The notes under the pieces were generated by a model. That model was given only the letters and a program-made list of their open reading frames with translations, had not been told where the DNA came from and did not search any database. From Craspedostauros australis (Eukaryota): a stretch of DNA of 58,514 nt. Below are positions 50,000 to 58,514 of this stretch, piece by piece. Position numbers and translations under genes: made by a program. Location of the stretch: the NCBI GenBank assembly GCA_030167865.1, contig JALAGF010006515.1, forward strand, positions 1 through 58,514. Direction: 5' to 3'. The first letter of the stretch is position 1. Each line of letters opens with the position of its first letter.

Positions 50000-50284
50000 T
50001 GTGAGGCGGTGGCACGTACAAGCAGAGGGAGAGAGAGGGAGAGAACTTCGTGGGTGTATGGTAGACGGCCACATACATGTCGCACAATTCTCCTCTCTGG
50101 CCAAATGCTGTTGCTCAAAACGAGTACTCCTAACTCGTTGGTTGGTTGATATTGGTATAATACTACTATTATATTATAATTCGTTAATTTAATTTCCTCA
50201 CATATAAGTGGCCGGGCGTTTATTCGCCACACGGCCCACACCCGAGGAGATGACGACTCTTTCCATGTCGTTTGAACTGATTGT

Positions 50285-53200
50285 TCAGAGTTGCAAAAAT
50301 GCCAAATCTCGGCTCACATCGGCCATTGCGGTGTCAGTTCCTCCTTGTGGTGTCGCTGCTGTGTCATGCTGGAATACGTTGCTGCTATCGGTGGCTGCTC
50401 CGGCATGTTCAAACCAGGCGGGTTTGAGACACGTCGCATCGAGTGTGCAATTGGTGATCGATCCTTTGTCGGTCTTGGCTACCACGTCGTCCAGCCAGGT
50501 GGAGGAGGACGACTGCGGGAAGCCTTGCGAGTTTCTGTTGCTGTGACTGCTGCCTTGGCTACTACCGTCTTCAAAGTCCTGGGACAGAGCGGCGAGTCGG
50601 GAGACGTGCCGGTGCGCAAAGCCCTGGCCGGACGCATGCAACGCTGCGGCGATAGGCAGGTCGTTTTCGAGCGCCGGGACAACGCCCGCGTCAAGACCCG
50701 ACGATCTTGAGAGTTCCAAATCGACGGAAGAGGCTGTGGTGTCACACCTGGCGTGGCCGTGCACCACCTCCTCGAACCAGTCGGTTCCGGTCGTCGTTGT
50801 TGAGATGGTCTTGTCCGCGTCTGACTGCGTCGGAGAGCTGCAGTCTTCATTCTGTTTGTTTGGTGACGGCTTGCGGATAGGACTTGCTCTGCCAGCCCTC
50901 GACGACGCTGACGATCTGAATTCGCCTGATGTTAGCTGCGCCGTCGGCGCCATGCTAGCGGACTCCATCTGCTGCTGCTGTGCAACCCACTTCTGGTTGG
51001 CCATGGCTTCCTCGATGTTGCTGTTGTCTCCTAGCAATGAGTCGGTGCTGGACTTCTCGCCGAGGCCGCGCCGCTTGCTGGATCGGCGGAAGCTGAACCA
51101 GGACGAGGACTTCGAACCGTCCCCGTGGCTGGACTTCTTGTGTTGAGACGAATCCATCGCATCGCTTTCGCTGACGACATGGGACGCGGGCTGTTGCTCC
51201 ATGAAGTACTTGCCGCCCGCGGCACTGTTGCTGCTGTTGCTCCTCGTGGTTTGGTCCAACGCATCATCGTTCGGCAATCCGGAGATCAGACCGTTGAACG
51301 CTTCGTCGTTGATTCGCTGCGATGCCAACGCGGCCTCTGGTTCCATCATTTCAGTGCCTGGTGGTGCTTTCATTGCAGACTTTCGCTCCATGGACAGGCG
51401 ACGTTGACCTGACTTTCGGAACGCGAACCAAGACTGCTGCTGCTGTTGGTTGGCGGATGCGGAGGCAGCGTTGATCGGCACTGGCTGCGGTACGGCCGTT
51501 GCGTTCGGATGGATGACGGCAACGCCTGGGTGCGTCAAGTTCGACATCTCCACCGGACGGGCTTCGGCGCTGAATGTGGTCGCCATTTCGTCAAACTGCT
51601 GGGCTGTTGGTTCGTCGCTGTTCTCACGCGGAGACAGAGACCATGGATTGTCGGGCACGGCGAAGTCCGGCGACGCGGTAGCAACCCTGGACGACGATCC
51701 CATCTTCGGCGTGCCGTTGCCATTGCCACTTTGACCGTTGGTTGGCGACTTGGGGCGACGGAAACCAAACCACTTTGGCGATTTCGCGCTGGAGGGGGTC
51801 GTTCCGGACAGTGGTGGGAAGGCGGTCGCCGTGACGGGTGTGAGCACCGTCGGCGATGCACTGGAACGTGCTCGGAACAGCTTGCGCGATTTGGCACCGT
51901 AATGACCGGATGGATCGAAGGATTCGTCTTCCTGTTCGATCTCAAAGTCCTTCTCCTCGTCGGTGTTGCGAGCCTTGGTGGGTGTGCGCATCTCCATCTG
52001 ATCGTTGTGCGGCTGGTGCAGATCCAGTTCGCTCTCTTCGACCTTCTCCTCGTCGAATGTGAGCCTGGCAACAGCATCGTGCTTCGATCCGTTCTTGGGT
52101 CCTCCCGTGCTGCTGCTGCGGCGCAGTCCGAACCACTTGGCGGGAGACGAGGATGGCTTCTTGGGGCTCTTCGTGACGGAATCACGGTAGTTGTGAGCGG
52201 ATCGTTGGATCGAGTTGGCGGTGGGATCACCAGCGTTGTGGGCGGATCCGTCGAGGCCACTGACGAGCTGTCCCATCATGTCGTTGGCACCAGTATGCTC
52301 GCTGGCATCGTCCGCAATGGACTCCTGCTTGCGAAGGTGCAATTCGAGTCCCTCCAGCGTTTGCTGTTGCAGCTGGTTGGTGGCAGTTTCGAGTGACGCA
52401 CGGCGCTTGCCGGACGAGCTGTTGCGACGGAACGAGAACCATCCCTTTGACGACAACGATGATGGAATGGGCGGGACAGGCACAGGCATCGCAGGCGTGT
52501 CGTCGACACCAGAAGTAGGAAAAGCACCAGTGTTGTTCATATCTCTCACGTTGCCGTGCGGTGGCACCATGCTGCCAAGGGCCTCGTCGTCGACCTCCTT
52601 CAACGAGGCCATGGGATGGCGGTTCTTCTTGGATCCACCCAGCCTGGGGAACCACGACGAGGAGGAGGATGACGACGTGGGCGTCGCTGGCTGTGCCACC
52701 ATCGGCGGAGGCACGGTCGATGCATCGGGCGGCACGGGGATTCCGAAGGAGTCAGATCCCATGGATGCCAACGACATGGACTCCGCGGCTGTGATGGAGT
52801 GGGTGTACATGGTGGAGCGATCGTGGAAGGAATCACCCGTGTGCGATCCGTAGAAGGACGACGCGTCGGAGCCGTCGTCATAGGAATTCGCGTAGCTGGA
52901 GGCAGATATGGTATCGTGGGCAGCTGCGGCTGCTTTGGAATGATGGTGCTTGCGCTGGAACCACGTCCAGGACTGGGATGCGTTTGCATACGACGACGAC
53001 GACGATGCCGACGATGGTGGCATGCCTCCTGTTGCGCCTGACGCTGACGGGTTGGAGTACACGGACTCGTCGTAGCTGGAGCAGCTGTCGTAGCTTTGGG
53101 TGCGCGCACGCGGGTATCCTTGGCTGTGCCGGTACGGTGCTTCGACAACGCTGTGATGCTGATGTTGCTGCTTGTTGCCACGACGCGGCGTGGTGGCCTG

Positions 53201-54508
53201 GCCACCGCTGTTGCCGTTGCTGCTGTGGTCCTTCATTGGCGCAACCACATCCTCATCTTCGTAGTATGTGGTCTGCTGTGCCATGTGATCGACGAGGTCC
53301 TGCTCCCACTCCTTGCGGAATGCCTTGTAAAGGTCCATGGACGCAATGCATTCGAAGATTGGCGACTGACCAGTCGTCGCATCACTAGCACTGGCATTTG
53401 CACTAGCACTGGCGTTGTCGGTCGATGCTGCTTCCGTGTCTCCGGAGGTGCTGTCATGCACGCCCACTGCAGTCCCAACCTCCTGTTGCTGTTGTGGTTG
53501 CTGCAGCTGCAGCTCGATGCTCACCTTCTTGCTGCCCTTGCCGCGGTTACGGCGACTGCGTCTGCTGCGGCCTGTCTTTGCCGGCGTTCCAGTCTGTCCG
53601 TTGCTGGCAACATCGTTGACACCAACCTGCGCGAGGTCACGCTTGAGAATGGTCTTGACCAGCACGTCCAGCGACGGGCGCTTGTTGATGGAGTCGACCA
53701 ATGGACGGCCCGTGATCGGGTCCATGTTGGCGACGAAAGCGAACCGTGGGTATGCGGCGGTGTCACGCACGTCACTCCACGGATGAGTGAGACCCAGGGC
53801 CATGAGAGCCACGTCAAGGGAGTGCCCGATGAGGATCTTGCCGCGCAGCAGATTGCCCAGCTTTGATCGCACTGCGGCAAACTGGACTGCCCCGTTCTCC
53901 TTGTGCAGCGCCTCCGCCTGGATGCCCTGGTAGTCCAGCACGGGGACGGGCACCTGAACGTGCTTGTCGAGAACGATCTCGCCGTCCCAGTTGACGAGGG
54001 TGACGCGACCCACGGAATGGGCGCCGCCAGCGATGGCCACCATGCCCACCTGCAGCGAGAAGTAGAGATCCCGCTTCGTCATGGGCTTGTCATGTTGCTT
54101 CTTCTTGCTGATGCTGCTGCTGTTGGTATTGCTGTTGTTGCAGTTGTTGGTGTTGGAGGCGGGCGAGTGAACGTTTGCATAGTGATTGGAGGATGGTGCT
54201 GCTGACTGCTGTGGGATGCCTCCTGGCTGCTGGTGCATCGACGCATCCTCAACGAGAGGTTGGACCTTGAGTCCCTTGCCTGCCTTGTTGCGTCGTCGTC
54301 TGGTGCGCTTGCGCTTGGCCTTTGGCTTGTGATTCTCTCCATCCTCCGGTGTTTGCAATGGCGCATTCGCCTGTCCATACGGTGGCGAGTTGGCGCCAAG
54401 TCCGACTGCTCCTGCCGCAGCAAGGCTCTTGGCAAGCTCCTTGTCTCTCTTCGCCTGCTTCTGGGCGCCTGTGGACGAGTCATTCGCGGCGGCGAACGCT
54501 ATGCTCAA
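50285..54508 (-). CDS. Large protein with a degenerate REX4-like DEDDh exonuclease domain and long disordered tail (main exon; a short upstream exon is likely)
   Basis: VGRVTLVNWDGEIVLDKHV..VLDY, LRGKILIGHSL..LGLTHPWSDVRDTA, SMDLYK match the REX4 fold; ORF begins right after a CACAG acceptor; candidate mini-exon ATG|GTAAGG at 54878-54876. Confidence 0.82.
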   Translation of the reverse strand: MSIAFAAANDSSTGAQKQAKRDKELAKSLAAAGAVGLGANSPPYGQANAPLQTPEDGENHKPKAKRKRTRRRRNKAGKGLKVQPLVEDASMHQQPGGIPQQSAAPSSNHYANVHSPASNTNNCNNSNTNSSSISKKKQHDKPMTKRDLYFSLQVGMVAIAGGAHSVGRVTLVNWDGEIVLDKHVQVPVPVLDYQGIQAEALHKENGAVQFAAVRSKLGNLLRGKILIGHSLDVALMALGLTHPWSDVRDTAAYPRFAFVANMDPITGRPLVDSINKRPSLDVLVKTILKRDLAQVGVNDVASNGQTGTPAKTGRSRRSRRNRGKGSKKVSIELQLQQPQQQQEVGTAVGVHDSTSGDTEAASTDNASASANASASDATTGQSPIFECIASMDLYKAFRKEWEQDLVDHMAQQTTYYEDEDVVAPMKDHSSNGNSGGQATTPRRGNKQQHQHHSVVEAPYRHSQGYPRARTQSYDSCSSYDESVYSNPSASGATGGMPPSSASSSSSYANASQSWTWFQRKHHHSKAAAAAHDTISASSYANSYDDGSDASSFYGSHTGDSFHDRSTMYTHSITAAESMSLASMGSDSFGIPVPPDASTVPPPMVAQPATPTSSSSSSSWFPRLGGSKKNRHPMASLKEVDDEALGSMVPPHGNVRDMNNTGAFPTSGVDDTPAMPVPVPPIPSSLSSKGWFSFRRNSSSGKRRASLETATNQLQQQTLEGLELHLRKQESIADDASEHTGANDMMGQLVSGLDGSAHNAGDPTANSIQRSAHNYRDSVTKSPKKPSSSPAKWFGLRRSSSTGGPKNGSKHDAVARLTFDEEKVEESELDLHQPHNDQMEMRTPTKARNTDEEKDFEIEQEDESFDPSGHYGAKSRKLFRARSSASPTVLTPVTATAFPPLSGTTPSSAKSPKWFGFRRPKSPTNGQSGNGNGTPKMGSSSRVATASPDFAVPDNPWSLSPRENSDEPTAQQFDEMATTFSAEARPVEMSNLTHPGVAVIHPNATAVPQPVPINAASASANQQQQQSWFAFRKSGQRRLSMERKSAMKAPPGTEMMEPEAALASQRINDEAFNGLISGLPNDDALDQTTRSNSSNSAAGGKYFMEQQPASHVVSESDAMDSSQHKKSSHGDGSKSSSWFSFRRSSKRRGLGEKSSTDSLLGDNSNIEEAMANQKWVAQQQQMESASMAPTAQLTSGEFRSSASSRAGRASPIRKPSPNKQNEDCSSPTQSDADKTISTTTTGTDWFEEVVHGHARCDTTASSVDLELSRSSGLDAGVVPALENDLPIAAALHASGQGFAHRHVSRLAALSQDFEDGSSQGSSHSNRNSQGFPQSSSSTWLDDVVAKTDKGSITNCTLDATCLKPAWFEHAGAATDSSNVFQHDTAATPQGGTDTAMADVSRDLAFLQL

Positions 54509-56451
54509 CTGTGGCCATCAGCAGCATGGTGCGGATGCATGTTTGGAGATTGGTTGGGTCAGCGTATCAACGCATTAATGCATTAACGATGCATCGTGCA
54601 TGATTGTTGCGCAAAGGAGGGAAGAAGAAGAGGAACAAGGAGAAAAGCACGAGGCGTGTTAGTTGATGTCGATCATGTTGGAGTGCTCTCACGGGGATGC
54701 CCACGATGGCAAGAAAGAACGATCAGCGGGGTGGATTTGGCGTTCTTGGCCATGGTCGGTCGTCATCGCTGTTCGCACCGCCTTGTGTGGTCTTTGTTGC
54801 GGGCGAAGCCATCTGGAAGGCACACAACCGAAACGCCTCCGCACGGAGATTCGTTGGAGATGCTTGGCGCCTTACCATTTTCCTCATTTTATGAATCGTA
54901 CGACCAGGAAGCTTCGTCCTGGAGATCTGTTGCTGTGTGTGATGTGCTCCTGCGTGAAGGTGCACTTCTCTGGGGTGTTCTTGGAGCGTTGTCCGCAACC
55001 TTGCTGGTAGGTGGATTGTTACCGTAGTAGTATGTGGTTGACGTGCGCCACGCAGTTCCCTGTGGTTCGTATCTCACCAACACGGACACGACAGAGGAAG
55101 GTGATGCTCGCGCCTCCTCTTGATTGTTTGTGCCACACTGGGTTTGTCGGTATCACGATGAATGTGCCACTCGTGCATCAACACGAATAAGTGTACAATA
55201 TCACACAACGACCCAGTATGAGTGAAGCCTGATTGCCCCGAGCCTGGTTCAACCACTCTTGCCGCAGTTCGCAATGATGTTCGCGTACCACCGCGCTTTG
55301 GAGATCTGTTGTCACGTGGACGAGTGCCGGTGATACAGATCCGAGCGACAGAGTCCTGTCTGAACCTCCTCGCTCTTTTCCTCGAGTGAAGGAGTAGTAC
55401 GGCTCAAAGGCAATTGAAGAGTATCAATGCGGAATGGAATCGAAGGACAGCGGCAACGTTGATGCCGTGAATCCAGAGAGACCTCGTGGGCAGAAACCGC
55501 GTTCGATGTTTCGCTCGTTTCGCCTCCACTTCCGATTCCGTCGACTTCCTCCAACGGCTCCTCTCTCGACAACACCAACACCCTTTGGTTTGCGGATGGG
55601 TGGCGATGATGGACAGGTGGACGGATGGATGATGATGCTGAACCTTCTTGATTGTTCGGTTGCTCCTCCTGCCTTGCTTTGCTTCGGATGGCGAACAATG
55701 GGAACTGATGTGGTCCATGGGAAGACGATGGTCTCTCGCCTCTTTTCGTTCGTTCTTCTTGCTCGCGGCTCTCCGTCACAATTCCGCCACAACAGGAACA
55801 AGAAGCAACATCCACAACTTCGCCCAAACTCCAGCCAACCACACAAACTCCGCACACACAAATACACATACAAATAGTCACACGTAGCGCCTCCTTGTTT
55901 GGTCTCTTTTGGTGACACCGTACAGAAACATAAACACACAAACACACACACACACGGATAGTAAGACCACAAGTACGCGTCACAATGCGAAAATAGCGGC
56001 GGAATCAAACTCGGGAGAAGCCTTTCCCGAACCAATTCACGCGGGAGGAACAACATCTCGAGGCTTCACCTAACCTCTCTCTCTGCTACCAACCAAAATT
56101 GCGAGAAGGCGCAGAGGAGGGTCACCTTGTCTGTCCCTGTCTCAGACCCTGTGTACGTTTCAGTACTGAGCAATGCGTGACATCATTCCGATGGCACTGA
56201 CGGACAGACACAATGGCATTGTCAGCGACGAGTATCACCGTACTTCTTCTTCTTCTTGCATTCTTGGCTCAACCAACCAACTTCGGGAAGAGCGAGAAGA
56301 ACCAATGACCATTGGTTTGGCTGTTGGACAAAGGCCTCGTTCTTCCAGGCACATTGGTCCGTAACCAAAAAAGATCAATCACGAATTGATAAATGCTGTT
56401 GGTTCATCTCACAGTCCGTATCACGCTGTGAAACCGTCAGTGACACTCCTG

Positions 56452-56522
56452 TGACGTCAAATTAATTATTTTCTTCAACATCCGTAGGACATGCATATAG
56501 AGCATACGCAATCATGACGTCA
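56452..56522. promoter_or_regulatory. Pair of perfect CRE palindromes
   Basis: TGACGTCA at 56452 and 56515 in non-coding DNA upstream of the REX4-like gene. Confidence 0.4.
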
Positions 56523-58514
56523 TCCAACATGGGCTCCACTTCGCACTTCGCCGTTCCACACAGCCTCCTTTGACACTGTCAATGATGGATTTATTAAGCC
56601 TCCCACGAACAGGTCCCTGTTTCGTTGTTGGAACTGCTGGCGTATTGGTGCGTGTGTTCGTGCAAAACGCAAATTCTAACACGGACATAGCCGTTACGAT
56701 CGGCATCGCTGGGGACTGCGGACGTTATTCGGTGATACTACAGTCCGCCAATAGTTATCAATGGCGTTACAAGAACGTTGTGGGGCAAGCATTTGCCAAT
56801 CGAGCTGCGAAAACAAGACAGACGTTTGCCCCCTTGTTGGTAGGCAGACGCGCTCCTGTGGACCCAATCAACTGTGACAGCAGTATCACCTCACATTTCT
56901 GTTGTCGCGTCGCCGCTCTTTTTCCACGTCTCGTCTGTTGTTTCTCCTTTTTGTATTTTGTGGCTTTGTTGGGTCGTGCTTGCATCGGCAGCAACAATGA
57001 CGAGTGCGAGCAAGCAACTCGTAGAGTGCTCGTATTTCTCGCCGTTTGAATCCCACCCATAGTCCGTCAGCGCCAAAATGAATGCGTGCGAGTGCGGGTG
57101 TGCTGTTGTTGCGTGTTTCTGTGCGCGAATTCAAACGGATCTCCGTGTCGAGGATTGCCGAGAAAGAGGAGTCGCCAGAGAGCGAGAGCGAGAGAATTGG
57201 CAAATGGGAAAGAGTTGTCTCGCTTGTGCGGGTTGTCGTCGTTCATGATGATTGCGGTGGTGGTAGACATCTACTCCTATGTTGAAAACGAGCAATGCAG
57301 AGCACGCTACTCTCGGTTGAATAGAAATTTCGGAATGCAAGGACAGCGGCTGAGTAGACGAGAGTCCCTTTACGTGAGCAGGCGGTGCGAATGAACCACA
57401 AAGAAACGGGTGATGCCTTGGCCCACGGGACAAGTTCTCAGATCTCTCGAACATCTATTCCTCTAGATTCGACACATAGCCATGATTTCTCTCAGTCCGT
57501 TTGTGACAACGTCGCCTAAAACACGTCACTGGTGACGCTGACACCGAAGATACCTTTCGATGACGAAGAAACGTGCAGTTCACAAAACCAGCTCCCGATT
57601 CCATGAGAGGTTCCATCACACCAGTCCTGATCGTGCGGTGCACTGGTGCAGTCCAACCAAATGCAACAAACCGGCGCAACCCTCGGCAACAGGGTGAGGA
57701 TGGATCGACAAGAAAGAACAGAGACGGAAAGCGAATCTGGCAGAAGCTGCAGCACCTTCTCTCCTAACGCATGCATGGTGTGACGGCTTCGGCAAGAGAG
57801 GACCGCCAGTGTTTGATGGCACCAGCTTAGTTGATGTCGTTGGATCAGAATGTTGCGGAGCAGTTTGCAAACTCGATCGGAGCAAATCGTCGCTTTGTGC
57901 GGTTGCAAGTCCGAACGCACTTGTCGTGGTCCCCAACAGCGTCGTCAGTTCCATCAGCACTCATGTGAGCGTGGTGGTGCAGAAAATGGGTTGGGATTTG
58001 TGTCTGTCTGTGTCTGCATGGGATTGTACAATACAGTCCATTGCGCTGGTGATAAACCTGCACTTCATTCATCTCCGACCTTCCATCCAGGAGAGACCTT
58101 CATCCGTTTCGTCTGCTAGGGGGGGGGGGGAAAGACGGTAATTTTGCATTTCCCATGATAAGGCAACAACAGTTTCTTCCATAATCAGCAGTTCAAAAGT
58201 CAAAAANNNNNNNNNNNNNNNNNNNNNNNNNNNNNNNNNNNNNNNNNNNNNNNNNNNNNNNNNNNNNNNNNNNNNNNNNNNNNNNNNNNNNNNNNNNNNN
58301 NNNNNNNNNNNNNNNNNNNNNNNNNNNNNNGTGTGTTGTCCGGACATTCCTCATTGTCATGGCCAACTTGTGCTTCCTTCTACTCTCCCACTACCCACAC
58401 AATGTCATTCTTCTTGTGGTACAAATCAAGCATTCAGTACTTCCTCGTTTGTTCCGACTATCATGAGCACACTACATCCACAATAGATTCTTCAAAGGTG
58501 TGTATCTATTTCTC

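Overview
Eukaryotic nuclear DNA that looks like a diatom/ochrophyte: GT-AG introns, bipartite signal-peptide + 'AF' plastid-targeting presequences, a CoDi-type Ty1/copia element and microsatellite-rich intergenic DNA. The window starts in the 3' end of an intact-looking copia retrotransposon (RT/RNase H, PPT-like tract, short LTR). It also holds a ~4.6 kb decayed DNA transposon (12639-17221) with ~146-bp TIRs and a Sola3-like transposase broken by CpG-type mutations. About 18 host genes are supported: a secreted mucin-like LRR protein, a plastid Rossmann-like protein, a Tubby-domain protein, an ER thioredoxin-like protein, a phosphate carrier, a plastid aspartate kinase, ubiquitin-RPL40, an F-box-like protein, a TOM1/THH1-like membrane protein, an RNI-type LRR protein, a Sel1-repeat protein, a plastid HeH/LEM-like repeat protein, a REX4-like pseudo-exonuclease and several small ORFs. 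The most unusual signals are: (i) three dispersed small ORFs sharing a C-terminal acidic amphipathic motif DLxxx[IL]Dx[VA]xD[IL][LM]xDD, with bZIP-type TGACGT(CA) sites upstream; (ii) the atypical ends of the Sola3-like element (no TSD, abutting hairpin); (iii) a catalytically degenerate REX4 domain fused to a long tail with repeated WF-x-F-R-R motifs; (iv) a GAGTACTC palindrome concentrated in gene 3' flanks. All family assignments come from motif recognition by eye, not from database searches.
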